A stretch of 36,925 nt of DNA from an uncultured Oscillospiraceae bacterium (GTDB lineage Bacteria; Bacillota; Clostridia; Oscillospirales; Oscillospiraceae). Positions 1 through 10,277 of the stretch are shown piece by piece. The first letter of the stretch is position 1; every line of letters begins with the position of its first letter. The DNA is taken from the NCBI GenBank assembly GCA_964471855.1, contig CAYYHY010000001.1, positions 7,783-44,707 of the forward strand. Reading direction: 5' to 3'. A program made the translations under genes and the position numbers. Under the pieces are notes generated by a model. It was given only the letters and a program-made list of their open reading frames with translations. It was not told the DNA's origin and did no database searches.

Positions 1-1172
1 GCGGCTCCAGCGAACCCGCAGGCAGCGGGAGCACCAGCCAGCCTGCCGGCGACAGCGAGTACAGAATCGCCATGATCACCGACTACGGCGACATCACGGA
101 CCAGTCCTTCAACCAGACCACATACGAAGCCTGCCAGCAGTTTGCCAGTGACAACGGCATTGACTTCACCTACTACAAGCCCACCTCCAACGACACCTCC
201 GCCCGTGTGGCCTCTGTCGAGCTGGCAGTGGCTGACGGCTACAATGTCCTTGTCATGCCCGGCTACGCATTCGGCGGCACCATCGTAGAGTGCGCCCCCG
301 AGTATCCTGACGTGAAGTTCATCGCCCTGGACGTGGGCGCCGGCGACATTCTGGAAGCTGCTGTTCCTCTGAAGGGCGAGGAGTATTCCTACGTTCCGGA
401 CGACTACAACATTGAGGACTACATCGACCTGAGCAACGTCTACTGCGCTGTCTACCAGGAAGAGCTGTGCGGCTACATGGCCGGCTACGCAGCTGTGAAG
501 CTGGGCTACACCAAGCTGGGCTTCCTGGGCGGCATGGCGGTACCCGCTGTCCAGCGCTACGGCTACGGATATGTTCAGGGCATCGACGCAGCAGCCAAGG
601 AACTGGGCATCACTGTTGACCTTAGATACGTGTACGGCGGTCAGTTCCAGGGCACTCCCGAGATCAAGGCCCGCATGGACACCTGGTACGGCGCCGGCAC
701 CGAGATCGTCTTCTCCTGCGGCGGCAGCATCTTCAACTCCGCAGTTGACGCAGCCAAGGAAGTGGAAGGCGCCAAGATCATCGGCGTTGACGTGGACCAG
801 CAGGGTGTCATCGCTGCCTATGCTGCCGGCAAGGACGGAGATCCCGCCGAGTACATGGACATGACCGTAACCTCCGCCATGAAGGGTCTTGCACCCACCA
901 CCATCGACACACTGGAAGACGTCATTCTCAACGGCAAGTGGGACGAGTACGCCGGCAAGATTGAGACTCTGGGTCTTGTGAACGGCGATGACCCCTCTGC
1001 CAACTATGTCCAGCTGGGCACCACCGCCTACGGCGACGGCTTCACCGAGGACGACTACAAGGCCCTGGTCAAGGGAATGTATGACGGCAGCATCACTGTC
1101 TCCAACGACATCTCCGCCATGCCCGCTGTCACCAACGTGAACCTGAACGACGAGGGATCCATGGCCAGCTAA
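1..1172 (+). CDS. BMP-family (nucleoside) ABC transporter substrate-binding lipoprotein, 5'-truncated by window edge
   Basis: Motifs ITDYGDITDQSFNQ, QEELCGYMAGYAA, LGFLGGM, IIGVDVDQ, TSAMK. The frame is open back to base 3 (GSSEPAGSGSTSQPAG linker). The preceding 'gc' is compatible with the lipobox Cys codon. Confidence 0.93.
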   Translation, partial: GSSEPAGSGSTSQPAGDSEYRIAMITDYGDITDQSFNQTTYEACQQFASDNGIDFTYYKPTSNDTSARVASVELAVADGYNVLVMPGYAFGGTIVECAPEYPDVKFIALDVGAGDILEAAVPLKGEEYSYVPDDYNIEDYIDLSNVYCAVYQEELCGYMAGYAAVKLGYTKLGFLGGMAVPAVQRYGYGYVQGIDAAAKELGITVDLRYVYGGQFQGTPEIKARMDTWYGAGTEIVFSCGGSIFNSAVDAAKEVEGAKIIGVDVDQQGVIAAYAAGKDGDPAEYMDMTVTSAMKGLAPTTIDTLEDVILNGKWDEYAGKIETLGLVNGDDPSANYVQLGTTAYGDGFTEDDYKALVKGMYDGSITVSNDISAMPAVTNVNLNDEGSMAS

Positions 1173-1252
1173 TAATCATCCGGCCGAACTCATCCGCTGC
1201 GGAGATGCTCCTGCAGCAGCTGTCTGCGCAGCATGCGCAGCGGCCGAAAACG

Positions 1253-1280
1253 GGGGGCGAGCTGCAGCTCGCCCCCTTTT
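1253..1280 (+). terminator. Intrinsic terminator / mRNA-stabilising hairpin after the binding-protein gene
   Basis: Perfect inverted repeat GGGGGCGAGC-TGCA-GCTCGCCCCC followed by TTTT. Confidence 0.8.
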
Positions 1281-1352
1281 CCAGTTTTATCCAGTTGAGA
1301 GCAATAAAGAAAGACGTCCTGCACTGCAAACCGAGAGAGGAGTGATTCTGAT

Positions 1353-2894
1353 TTGGACAGCAGCCCGTATGCGATTGAGATGCTGAATATCACCAAGCGT
1401 TTCCCCGGCATCATCGCCAATGACAATGTCACCATTCAGCTCAGGCACGGCGAAATCCACGCCCTGCTGGGCGAGAACGGCGCGGGCAAGTCCACCCTGA
1501 TGAGCGTTCTGTTCGGCCTCTACCAGCCGGAAGAGGGCGTCATCAAAAAGGACGGACAGGTAGTCAAGATCAACAACCCCAACGATGCCAATGACCTGGG
1601 CATCGGCATGGTCCACCAGCACTTCAAGCTGGTGGAGTGCTTCAGTGTCCTGGACAACATCATCCTGGGCGTGGAGCCGACCGGTCCCATGGGCATGCTC
1701 CAGAAGGACCAGGCCCGGAAGAAGGTCCTGGAACTGTCTGAGAAGTACGGCCTCAGCGTCGACCCGGATGCACTGATTCAGGACATCTCCGTAGGCATGC
1801 AGCAGCGCACGGAGATCCTGAAGATGCTGTACCGGGACAATGACATCCTCATCTTCGACGAGCCGACCGCAGTGCTGACGCCCCAGGAGATCGAGGAACT
1901 GCTGCAGATCATGAAGAACCTGGCGGCCGAGGGCAAGAGCATCCTCTTCATCTCCCACAAGCTCAATGAAATCATGGAGGTTGCAGACCGCTGCTCCATT
2001 CTCCGCAAGGGCAAGTATGTCGGTACAGTAAATGTGGCCGAAACGAACAAGGTTGAACTGAGCCGGATGATGGTGGGCCGCGATGTGGAATTTGTCGTCC
2101 ACAAGAAGCCCGCCGAACCGAAGGACGTCATTCTGGAAGTCCGCAACATGACAGTGGCCTCCAAGCTCCACAAGAACAACGCCGTCAAGGGCGTCTCCTT
2201 CGATGTCAGAGCGGGGGAGATTGTCTGCATCGCCGGCATCGACGGCAACGGCCAGACAGAGCTGGTCTACGGGATCTCCGGTCTGGAGCCTCTCGCAGAG
2301 GGCACCCTGAAGCTGTGCGGACAGGACATCACGAAGGCCTCCATCCGCAAGCGTTCCGTTCTGGGCATGAGCCACATCCCGGAGGACCGCCACAAGCACG
2401 GACTGGTTCTGGACTACACCCTGGAGGACAACATCGTTCTGCAGCGCTACTTCGAGCCGGAGTTTACCAGGGCCGGCTTCCTGCGCCGGAAGAACATCCG
2501 CGCCTATGCCGAACGGCTGATCGAGCAGTACGACATCCGCTCCGGCCAGGGTCCCGTCACTCCCGCCCGCTCCATGTCCGGCGGCAACCAGCAGAAGGCC
2601 ATCATCGCCCGGGAGATCGACAAGAACCCCCAGCTGCTCATCGCGGTGCAGCCCACCCGCGGTCTGGACGTGGGCGCCATCGAGTACATCCACAGCCAGA
2701 TCGTCGCCCAGCGGGACGCCGGCAAGGCGGTCCTCCTGGTCAGTCTGGAACTGGACGAGGTCATGAATGTCTCCGACCGCATTCTCGTCATGTACGAGGG
2801 GGAACTGGTGGGCGAATTTGACCCCAAGACTACCTCAGTCGAAGAGCTCGGTCTCTACATGGCCGGCGGCAAGCGGAAGGAGGTTGCCCCGTGA
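1353..2894 (+). CDS. Nucleoside/sugar (CUT2) ABC transporter ATP-binding protein with two NBDs
   Basis: GENGAGKST Walker A, ILIFDEPT, MSGGNQQK, QPTRGLDVGA. TTG start with GAGAGGAG RBS. Confidence 0.95.
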   Translation: MDSSPYAIEMLNITKRFPGIIANDNVTIQLRHGEIHALLGENGAGKSTLMSVLFGLYQPEEGVIKKDGQVVKINNPNDANDLGIGMVHQHFKLVECFSVLDNIILGVEPTGPMGMLQKDQARKKVLELSEKYGLSVDPDALIQDISVGMQQRTEILKMLYRDNDILIFDEPTAVLTPQEIEELLQIMKNLAAEGKSILFISHKLNEIMEVADRCSILRKGKYVGTVNVAETNKVELSRMMVGRDVEFVVHKKPAEPKDVILEVRNMTVASKLHKNNAVKGVSFDVRAGEIVCIAGIDGNGQTELVYGISGLEPLAEGTLKLCGQDITKASIRKRSVLGMSHIPEDRHKHGLVLDYTLEDNIVLQRYFEPEFTRAGFLRRKNIRAYAERLIEQYDIRSGQGPVTPARSMSGGNQQKAIIAREIDKNPQLLIAVQPTRGLDVGAIEYIHSQIVAQRDAGKAVLLVSLELDEVMNVSDRILVMYEGELVGEFDPKTTSVEELGLYMAGGKRKEVAP

Positions 2895-4030
2895 ACGGCG
2901 AAAAGAAATCTGCAGTCAGAAGGCTGATTGAGAACGACGGAGTGCAGACCATCCTGGCCTCCCTGCTGTGCATCCTGGGCGGTCTCCTGGTGGGCTTCAT
3001 CGTGCTCTTTGTGATCGAGCCCAGCGGCGCCGTATCCTCCATCCTGGCTGTTGTCAAGAACTTCTTCATCTATCCCCGGGCTCTGCAGCCGAAGTACTTC
3101 GGACAGACCCTGACCCGCACCGTGCCCCTGCTGATGTGCGCTCTCTCTGTTCTGTTCGCATACAAGGTGGGCATGTTCAACATCGGGGCCGCCGGCCAGT
3201 ATGTGGCCGGTGCCTGCGCCACCCTGTACTTCGCCCTGAGCCTGAAGCTCCCCTGGTTCGTCTGCATCCTGGCCGGTCTGGCCGCAGGGGCCCTGCTGGG
3301 CTGCATCTCCGGCGTGCTGAACACCTACTGCAATGTAAACGTGGTCATCTCCGGAATCATGCTCAACTGGATCTCCCTGTACGTAACCAACACCGTCCTC
3401 ATCAAGGTGAAGAACCCCACCAGCCCCTACACCCTGCCGGTGCGGAACGTCAACCCCGGCGCACTCCTCCCCACCCTGGGGCTGGACACCTTCTTCAACG
3501 AGAAGAGCGTAACCATCGCCATCCCCCTGGCGGTCATCATTGCCGTGCTGATCTGGGTGGTGCTGAACAAGACAAAGTTCGGCTACGAACTGAAGGCCAC
3601 CGGCAACAACTACAACGCCGCCCGCTATGCAGGCATGAAAGAGAACCGGAACATCATCCTCACCATGGTGATCGCAGGCGCTCTCGCCGGTCTCGGCGCC
3701 AGCCTCCTGTACCTCACCGGCATTGAGGAGTGGGACACCACCATCACCTCCGTGCCCGGCATGGGCTTCAACGGCATCGCCGTGGCCTTCCTGGGCGGTC
3801 TGAATCCCCTGGGCGCCATCCTCGCCGCCTACTTCATCCAGCACATCACCTCCGGCGGCATCGGCGTGGACCTGTCCCACTACAGCTCCCAGATTTCCTC
3901 CCTGATCTCCTCTCTGATCATCTTCCTGTGCGCCTTCGTCGGCTTCTTCAAGCTCTTCATCAAGAACCGCCTGCGCAGAAGCGATGAGAAGAAAGAAGAA
4001 AAAGCCAGGAAAGGGGGTGCGAAGGCATGA
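2891..4030 (+). CDS. Nucleoside ABC transporter permease
   Basis: Hydrophobic; MFNIGAAGQY, NVVISGIMLNW, KTKFGYELKATG, GFNGIAVAFLG. GTGA overlap with the ATPase gene. Confidence 0.93.
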   Translation: MNGEKKSAVRRLIENDGVQTILASLLCILGGLLVGFIVLFVIEPSGAVSSILAVVKNFFIYPRALQPKYFGQTLTRTVPLLMCALSVLFAYKVGMFNIGAAGQYVAGACATLYFALSLKLPWFVCILAGLAAGALLGCISGVLNTYCNVNVVISGIMLNWISLYVTNTVLIKVKNPTSPYTLPVRNVNPGALLPTLGLDTFFNEKSVTIAIPLAVIIAVLIWVVLNKTKFGYELKATGNNYNAARYAGMKENRNIILTMVIAGALAGLGASLLYLTGIEEWDTTITSVPGMGFNGIAVAFLGGLNPLGAILAAYFIQHITSGGIGVDLSHYSSQISSLISSLIIFLCAFVGFFKLFIKNRLRRSDEKKEEKARKGGAKA

Positions 4031-4971
4031 TTCTCCTGCTTCAGTACACTTTGATATTCTCCTCCGTGCTCCTGCTGGTGGCCCTGGGCGGCTGCTTCTC
4101 CGAGCACTCCGGCGTCATCAATATCGGACTTGAGGGCATCATGCTCATCGGCGCCCTGGGCGGCGCCCTGTGCATGAAGTTCATGCCTACCAGCGTGGGC
4201 GCCCCTGTCATGATCATCAGCGTCATTCTCTCCAGCGCCCTGGCCGGCATGTTTGCCTCCCTGTTTCTGGCGGTGGCGGCCATCTCCTTCAACGCGGACC
4301 AGACCATCACCGGCACGGCCATCAACATGCTGGCGACGGCGGCCGCAACCGTGGGCGTCAAGGCCATGAATACGTCCCTCTCCGGCGGCAGCGACATGTC
4401 CTCCGAGATTGCCTACACCTCCGCCCGGGAGATGCTGACCGTCAAGATGGGCTCCTTCACCTTCAACTGGTTCATGCTGGTGGCGGTGATCTGCCTGGTC
4501 GGCAGCTACGTCATCCTCTACAAGACCCGCTTCGGCCTGCGGCTCATGGCCTGCGGCGAACACCCCCAGGCGGCGGACAGCGTGGGCATCAACGTATATA
4601 AGATGCGCTATGCCGGCGTCCTGATCTCCGGCATGCTGGGCGGTCTCGGCGGCATTGTGTACATCACCGCCGGCATCAACTCCTGGAAGTTTGAAAACGG
4701 CGTGGCCGGCTTCGGATTCCTGTCCCTGGCCGTCATGATCTTCGGCGCATGGCACCCCCTGAAGATCGCGCTGGCCGCCCTGCTGTTCGGCTTCTGCCGG
4801 GCCCTGGGCAGCGTCTACACCGGCATCGACTTCCTGGCCTCCCTGAATCTGAGCTCCACTGTATACAACATGCTCCCCTACATCATCTCCCTGATTGTCC
4901 TGGCCTTCACATCCAAGAACTCCCGCGCACCCAAGGCCGAGGGCATCCCCTACGACAAGAGCCAGCGCTGA
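4027..4971 (+). CDS. Nucleoside ABC transporter permease
   Basis: SEHSGVINIGLEG, KTRFGLRLMACGEHPQAADSVGINV, C-terminal APKAEGIPY. ATGA overlap. Confidence 0.93.
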   Translation: MILLLQYTLIFSSVLLLVALGGCFSEHSGVINIGLEGIMLIGALGGALCMKFMPTSVGAPVMIISVILSSALAGMFASLFLAVAAISFNADQTITGTAINMLATAAATVGVKAMNTSLSGGSDMSSEIAYTSAREMLTVKMGSFTFNWFMLVAVICLVGSYVILYKTRFGLRLMACGEHPQAADSVGINVYKMRYAGVLISGMLGGLGGIVYITAGINSWKFENGVAGFGFLSLAVMIFGAWHPLKIALAALLFGFCRALGSVYTGIDFLASLNLSSTVYNMLPYIISLIVLAFTSKNSRAPKAEGIPYDKSQR

Positions 4972-4988
4972 CGCCATGGCCGGACAGC

Positions 4989-5020
4989 GGCAGCCGCAGA
5001 CCCTGCGGCTGCCCTTTTTT
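4989..5020 (+). terminator. Intrinsic terminator
   Basis: GGCAGCCGCA-GACCC-TGCGGCTGCC then C and a T run. Confidence 0.75.
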
Positions 5021-5073
5021 CTCTCCTGAGCCTGCCGCACTCCGGCAGACATGTTCTTATTAAGGAGGCAAAC

Positions 5074-6264
5074 GTGAAGAAATACAGGCGGATTTTCATC
5101 GTTGTCCTGGACTCCCTGGGCATCGGCGCCATGGAGGACGCGGCTGACTACGGTGACGCCGGAACGGATACCCTGGGTCACATCTCGGATACGGTCACGC
5201 ATCTGGTGATGCCGAACCTGCAGCGGCTGGGCATGGCCAACCTCCACCCCCTGAGCAAGGTTCCCCCGGTGGAGCACCCGGAGGGGTACTTCGCCGTTCT
5301 GCGGGAGGCCAGCTGCGCCAAGGACACCATGACCGGCCACTGGGAGATGATGGGGCTGCTGACGACAAAGCCCTTCAAGACCTTTACGGAACACGGCTTC
5401 CCCCAGGAGCTGCTGGATGAGCTCACCCGCCGCACCGGGCACAAATGCATCGGCAACAGGAGCGCCAGCGGCACGGAGATCCTGGAGGAACTGGCCGAGG
5501 AGGAGATCGCCACCGGGAACATGATCGTCTACACCTCCGCCGACTCCGTGCTCCAGATCTGCGGCAACGAGGAGACCTTCGGGCTGGACGAGCTCTACCG
5601 CTGCTGCGCCATCGCCCGGGAGCTGACCCTCCGGGACGAGTGGAAGGTGGGAAGAGTCATCGCCCGCCCCTATGTGGGAAAGAAGCGGGGGGAGTTCGTG
5701 CGCACCAGCAACCGCCACGACTACGCCCTCAAGCCCTCCGGCCGCACCGCCCTGGACGTGCTGAAGGACGCCGGCCTCTCCGTCATCTCCATCGGCAAGA
5801 TCTACGACATCTTCGACGGGGAGGGACTGACGGAGTCCAACAAGTCGAAGAGCTCCGTCCACGGCATGGAGCAGACCATCCAGATGGCGGACCGGGACTT
5901 CACCGGTCTCTGCTTTGTAAACCTGGTGGACTTCGACGCCCTCTGGGGCCACCGCCGCAACCCCGTGGGATACGGAGAGGAGATCGAGCGCTTTGACGTG
6001 AAACTTGGGGAACTGATGCCGAAGCTTCATGACGACGACCTGCTGATCCTGACGGCGGACCACGGCAACGACCCCACCCACACCGGCACGGACCACACAA
6101 GGGAGAAGGTTCCCTTCCTGGCCTGGTCCCCCTCCCTGGAGGGCTCGGGGCAGCTGCCGGAGCAGGACACCTTCGCCGTCATCGGCGCAACCGTGCTGGA
6201 CAACTTCGACCTCCAGATGCCGGAGGGGACTATCGGCACCTCCATCCTGGACCTGCTGAAGTGA
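5074..6264 (+). CDS. deoB: Phosphopentomutase
   Basis: [72 protein letters not shown]. Confidence 0.97.
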   Translation: MKKYRRIFIVVLDSLGIGAMEDAADYGDAGTDTLGHISDTVTHLVMPNLQRLGMANLHPLSKVPPVEHPEGYFAVLREASCAKDTMTGHWEMMGLLTTKPFKTFTEHGFPQELLDELTRRTGHKCIGNRSASGTEILEELAEEEIATGNMIVYTSADSVLQICGNEETFGLDELYRCCAIARELTLRDEWKVGRVIARPYVGKKRGEFVRTSNRHDYALKPSGRTALDVLKDAGLSVISIGKIYDIFDGEGLTESNKSKSSVHGMEQTIQMADRDFTGLCFVNLVDFDALWGHRRNPVGYGEEIERFDVKLGELMPKLHDDDLLILTADHGNDPTHTGTDHTREKVPFLAWSPSLEGSGQLPEQDTFAVIGATVLDNFDLQMPEGTIGTSILDLLK

Positions 6265-6278
6265 CTCCGGACACAGCT

Positions 6279-6313
6279 TTCAGCCCCGTTTCTGCAGCAG
6301 AAACGGGGCTGAA
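6279..6313. terminator. Bidirectional terminator between convergent deoB and sdaAA
   Basis: 16-bp perfect stem TTCAGCCCCGTTTCTG / CAGAAACGGGGCTGAA. Confidence 0.8.
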
Positions 6314-6337
6314 TTTCTGTTCCTGGGCTGCCGGACC

Positions 6338-7207
6338 TCAGCCCTCCCTGCGGCACAGGGCGCAGACCGAGGGTGCGGCGGCACACCCGCCCAGAGCGGT
6401 CTCCCGCAGTTCCGGAGGAATCTTCTTCCCCACCTCGTACATGATGCCGATCATCTCGTCCAGAGGGATCAGGGCGGGGATTCCGCTGAGAACCATCTCG
6501 GCAGCAGTGAGGGCGTTGGCAACCCCCGCCGCGTTGCGGCTCTGGCACGGGTACTCCACCAGACCTCCCACCGGGTCGCAGACCAGACCCAGCATGTTCA
6601 TGAGCACGATGGAGGCCGCGTCCAGGCACTGCTTCGGGGCACCCCCCATGAGCTCCGCAGCGCCGGCTGCAGCCATGGCAGCGGCCGTACCCACCTCCGC
6701 CTGGCATCCCCCCACGGCGCCGGCCACAGTGGCGTTCATCATGGCCAGACAGCCCACGGCACCGGCGGTCATCAGACCGTCCAGCATCCGCCCGTCGGAG
6801 ATATGGTACTCGTCCTGGAGGGCCAGCAGCACCCCGGGGACAATCCCGGAGGAGCCCGCCGTAGGGGCCGCCACGATGAGCCCCATGGAGGCGTTTACTT
6901 CCAGTACCGCCATGCTGTAGGCGATGCCCCGGCTGAGAACCGTTCCGCAGATGGCCTTCTTCCTGGCCCTGTGCTCGGTCAGCTTCTTCGCCTCGCCCCC
7001 GATCAGTCCCCCCATGGACTTCTCCGCGGCGTGCAGGGGCCGGGTGGCGGAGGTGCGCATGATCTCCAGAACCCGCTGCATTCTCCGGTCCACGCTGTCG
7101 GCGGCAGTCTCCCCGCAGTCGCACTCCCTCTGGCGCATCACCCCGGAGATGGGCATCTGCGTCTCCTCACAGAGCCGGAGCAGTTCCTCTGCGCTTCGGA
7201 AATCCAT
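6338..7207 (-). CDS. sdaAA: L-serine dehydratase, Fe-S-dependent, alpha subunit
   Basis: EVNASMGLIVAAPTAGSSG, GAVGGCQAEVG, LGLVCDPVGGLVEYPC, LRETALGG. Confidence 0.96.
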   Translation of the reverse strand: MDFRSAEELLRLCEETQMPISGVMRQRECDCGETAADSVDRRMQRVLEIMRTSATRPLHAAEKSMGGLIGGEAKKLTEHRARKKAICGTVLSRGIAYSMAVLEVNASMGLIVAAPTAGSSGIVPGVLLALQDEYHISDGRMLDGLMTAGAVGCLAMMNATVAGAVGGCQAEVGTAAAMAAAGAAELMGGAPKQCLDAASIVLMNMLGLVCDPVGGLVEYPCQSRNAAGVANALTAAEMVLSGIPALIPLDEMIGIMYEVGKKIPPELRETALGGCAAAPSVCALCRREG

Positions 7208-7221
7208 ATGTCTCCCCTCCC

Positions 7222-7890
7222 TTACGGCTGGACAACCATCACGTCGTAGACGTTGGGGTTCTCCTTCACCAGCATCTCAATGTCTGCCGGCAGCCTGTCA
7301 TCAGACTCCACGATGGTGTAGGCGGTGGTCCCCCTGTGCTCCCGGAACAGCCGCATGTAGGCAATGTTGACGCTGCGGTCGCTGAGGCACTTTGTAATGT
7401 GGGCCACCACCCCGGGCTTGTCCTTCTGCACCACAATGAGGGCGCAGTACTCGCCGGTGAAGTCCACCTCCACACCGTTGATCCTTGCAATCCGGACCTT
7501 TCCGCCCCCCACGGACTCCCCCCGGACCGTCATGGTCCGGCCTTCCGCGCCGGTCATGGCGATGTCCACCGTGTTGGGATGGACATCGGTCTCCGTCCTG
7601 TTGAGGATGAAGCGGTACCTGAGCCCCCGCTCCTCCGCGATGGCAAAGGAGTCGCGGATGCGGGTGTCGTCTGTCTCAAATCCCATGATGCCCCCCAGCA
7701 GGGCACGGTCCGTGCCGTGCCCGCTGCAGGTTCTGGCGAAGGAGCCGTAGAGGGTGAACTCCACGCTCTGGACAGGGCCGTGGATCATCTTCCTCGCCAG
7801 GTTTGCAATCACGGCCGCCCCCGCCGTGTGGGAACTGGAGGGGCCGATCATATTGGGACCGAGAACGTCAAATACGCTGATAAACGGCAT
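7222..7890 (-). CDS. sdaAB: L-serine dehydratase beta subunit with C-terminal ACT domain
   Basis: GPNMIGPSSSHTAGA, LYGSFA, GHGTDRAL, HPNT, SVGGG, DKPG. ATG at 7890 chosen by RBS spacing (the ORF track starts at GTG 7896). Confidence 0.95.
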   Translation of the reverse strand: MPFISVFDVLGPNMIGPSSSHTAGAAVIANLARKMIHGPVQSVEFTLYGSFARTCSGHGTDRALLGGIMGFETDDTRIRDSFAIAEERGLRYRFILNRTETDVHPNTVDIAMTGAEGRTMTVRGESVGGGKVRIARINGVEVDFTGEYCALIVVQKDKPGVVAHITKCLSDRSVNIAYMRLFREHRGTTAYTIVESDDRLPADIEMLVKENPNVYDVMVVQP

Positions 7891-7903
7891 CTGCACCCAC
7901 CTC

Positions 7904-9121
7904 TCAGACCTTCTCGATGTACCTGTGATATATGTGGTCCACGATTACGCCGATGGCGTTGTCACCGGACACGTTGCAGGCGGTCCCGAAGGAGTCCTGG
8001 GTGATGTACAGTGCCACCATGATGGCGCAGATGGGGCCCTCCGGGTCCCCTGCCTCTGTCCCGAAGATCATGTACAGGAAGGGCAGGGCCGTCATGATGG
8101 AGCCGCCGGGGGCGCCGGGGCTGGCCACCATGGCGATTCCCAGCGTCATGATAAAGGGGATGACGCTGGTGATGCTGACGGGCAGCTGGTTCATCAGGCA
8201 GACGGCTGTGGAACAGGCGACGATGGTGATCATGGAGCCGGCCATGTGAATGTTGGCGCACAGGGGAACAACGAAGTTGCGGATCTGCTCGCAGACTCCG
8301 TCCGCCTCCGCGCACTTCAGGTTGACCGGGATTGTGGCGGCGGAGGACTGAGTTCCGAGGGCGGTGGTGTAGCCGGGTATCTGGTTGCGCAGCAGGGTGA
8401 GAGGATTTTTGCGGCTGACGGCCCCGGCCAGCAGGAACTGAAGGGTGATGCAGACCAGGTGCATGAGGATGACAGCCAGGAACACCTTCCAGAGGATGCT
8501 GAGGATGGCGAAGGTTTTGCCCGACCTGGTCATGTCCACGAATGTGCCGCAGATGTACAGGGGAAGCAGGGGGATGATGACCACGTGCAGCACCTTGTCA
8601 ATGATTTTGGAGAAGTCGTCCATGGCATTGTACAGGGTATCCCCGATCTCCCTGCCCCGCATGACGGACATGCACAGGCCCAGAACAAAGGCCAGGACCA
8701 CCGCCGACAGGGTATCCAGCAGGGGCGTGATCGAGATGGAGAAGTAGCTCTCCAGGGTGATGCCTGCGGTGGCCTCGATCTGCGCCATGGCCGCCGGATT
8801 CATGAAGCTGGGGAAGAGGGTGGACGACACCAGGAAGGAACTGGTTCCTGCGATGAGGGTGGAGCCGTAGGCCAGCACCACCGTCAGAACCAGCAGCTTT
8901 CCGGCTCCCTGGGTCAGGTCTGCGATGCCCATGGTCACATAGGCGACAATCATGAGGGGTATGATAAATTTGAGGAACGTGCTGAAGATGCTGGAGGCCG
9001 TCACCACGGTCCGGCAGAACCAGACCGGCATGAACTGGCCGATGAGGATGCCGAGGATGATTGCGATGATCAGTCTGGGGACCAGCCCCATCCTGAACCT
9101 TTTCTTTTCTTCTGCTGCCAT
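7904..9121 (-). CDS. Dicarboxylate/amino acid:cation symporter (DAACS), probable serine importer
   Basis: TQSSAATIP, PLCANIHMAG, ASPGAPGG, DSFGTACNVSGD. First gene of the sda operon, so serine specificity is inferred from context. Confidence 0.9.
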   Translation of the reverse strand: MAAEEKKRFRMGLVPRLIIAIILGILIGQFMPVWFCRTVVTASSIFSTFLKFIIPLMIVAYVTMGIADLTQGAGKLLVLTVVLAYGSTLIAGTSSFLVSSTLFPSFMNPAAMAQIEATAGITLESYFSISITPLLDTLSAVVLAFVLGLCMSVMRGREIGDTLYNAMDDFSKIIDKVLHVVIIPLLPLYICGTFVDMTRSGKTFAILSILWKVFLAVILMHLVCITLQFLLAGAVSRKNPLTLLRNQIPGYTTALGTQSSAATIPVNLKCAEADGVCEQIRNFVVPLCANIHMAGSMITIVACSTAVCLMNQLPVSITSVIPFIMTLGIAMVASPGAPGGSIMTALPFLYMIFGTEAGDPEGPICAIMVALYITQDSFGTACNVSGDNAIGVIVDHIYHRYIEKV

Positions 9122-9189
9122 TTCTGGACCTTCCTTTCTGCGCTGGTGCAAAGTGCAGCAAAACTGGCGCCGGTTCCGGGATTCTGCTG

Positions 9190-9218
9190 TTGACTTTGCT
9201 GTGCCGTCAGTCTATCAT
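9190..9218 (+). promoter_or_regulatory. Sigma-A promoter for the LysR gene
   Basis: TTGACT-17 bp-TATCAT. Confidence 0.65.
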
Positions 9219-9238
9219 TGGGCCATGGATAAATCAAA

Positions 9239-9275
9239 TTCATGGTTTTAATGAAGACCATAAAAATTTTTTAAC
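9239..9275. promoter_or_regulatory. Probable LysR binding region
   Basis: AT-rich patch in a GC-rich window, with the dyad TTCAT-N7-ATGAA, in the divergent symporter/lysR spacer. Confidence 0.5.
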
Positions 9276-9292
9276 GAAAGGCCGGGTCCGCC

Positions 9293-10174
9293 ATGGAGAT
9301 CCGTCAGGTCGCCACCTTCGTTCAGATCGTACAGCAGGGGAGCTTCTCCCGGGCTGCCGGGCAGCTGGGCTACACCCAGTCCGCTGTCACCATCCAGATC
9401 CGGCGTCTGGAGGAGGAGCTGGGCGTACGCCTCTTTGACCGGGTGGGAAAGAAGGTCACTCTTACCTCCCAGGGCAGCATCTTTCTCCCCCACGCCTGCG
9501 CCATTCTCCGGGACCTGAGCAGCGCAGAGGCCGCCCTGTCCCGGGACAGCGAGCTCACCGGGGAGCTGCGCATCGGCACCATCGACTCCATCTGCGAGAC
9601 GCAGATGCTCCCCGTCCTCCGGGTCTTCCGCACGCAGCACCCGAAGGTGCGCATCCAGATCAGCATTGCCTCCCCGGAGGAGCTGATTCTCCGCATGGAG
9701 CGGGGTCAGGTGGACCTCATCTACATCCTGGACGAGCCCCGGTACAGCAACAGCTGGATCAAGGCCCTGGAGGTCCGGGAGCCGGTGGTCTTTGCCGCCT
9801 CTGCCGCACTGGGGCTGGGAGACCGCCAGTCCCTTGCCCTGGACGAGATCCTCCCCTGCCCCTTTTTCCTGACAGAAGCCAACGAGAACTACCGCCGCAC
9901 CTTCGACAAGCTGCTGGCCGCCCGCAGCCGCACCCTGGAGCCCGTGCTGGAATGCAGCAGCACCGAGTTTCTCATCCGCACCCTGACGGAGATCCCGGGC
10001 ATCTCTCTCCTCCCCCGCTTTGCTGTCCGGGAGGCCGCGGAGCAGGGTCTTCTGGACATCCTCCCCGTATCCGACGTCAGCATTGTGATGTACCGCCAGA
10101 TCTTCTACCACCGGGACAAGTGGTGCTCCCGGGAGATGGAGGCATTCATCCAGGCCGCCGGCCGGAACCAGTGA
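9293..10174 (+). CDS. LysR-family transcriptional regulator
   Basis: N-terminal HTH GSFSRAAGQLGYTQSAVTIQIRRLEEELGVRLFDR; 293 aa; GELRIG. Confidence 0.96.
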   Translation: MEIRQVATFVQIVQQGSFSRAAGQLGYTQSAVTIQIRRLEEELGVRLFDRVGKKVTLTSQGSIFLPHACAILRDLSSAEAALSRDSELTGELRIGTIDSICETQMLPVLRVFRTQHPKVRIQISIASPEELILRMERGQVDLIYILDEPRYSNSWIKALEVREPVVFAASAALGLGDRQSLALDEILPCPFFLTEANENYRRTFDKLLAARSRTLEPVLECSSTEFLIRTLTEIPGISLLPRFAVREAAEQGLLDILPVSDVSIVMYRQIFYHRDKWCSREMEAFIQAAGRNQ

Positions 10175-10200
10175 GGCCTCTGCCCGCTGTGCGCAGCGGC

Positions 10201-10229
10201 TTGCAGATTTCCATTTTCTGTGATATCCT
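10201..10229 (+). promoter_or_regulatory. Sigma-A promoter for the YibE/F gene
   Basis: TTGCAG-17 bp-TATCCT with extended TG. Confidence 0.5.
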
Positions 10230-10277
10230 TAAATGCGGTCCAGGGAACTCAGACCCCGGTCCACTCAAGGCAAGGCG

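Noticed and set aside
3880-6096. Long antisense ORFs (also 1287-2693, 7754-9193, 12310-14073, 21858-23372, 28807-30474, 30219-32156)
   Set aside because: They are shadows of well-supported genes, caused by GC-rich codon bias, and show no recognisable motifs.
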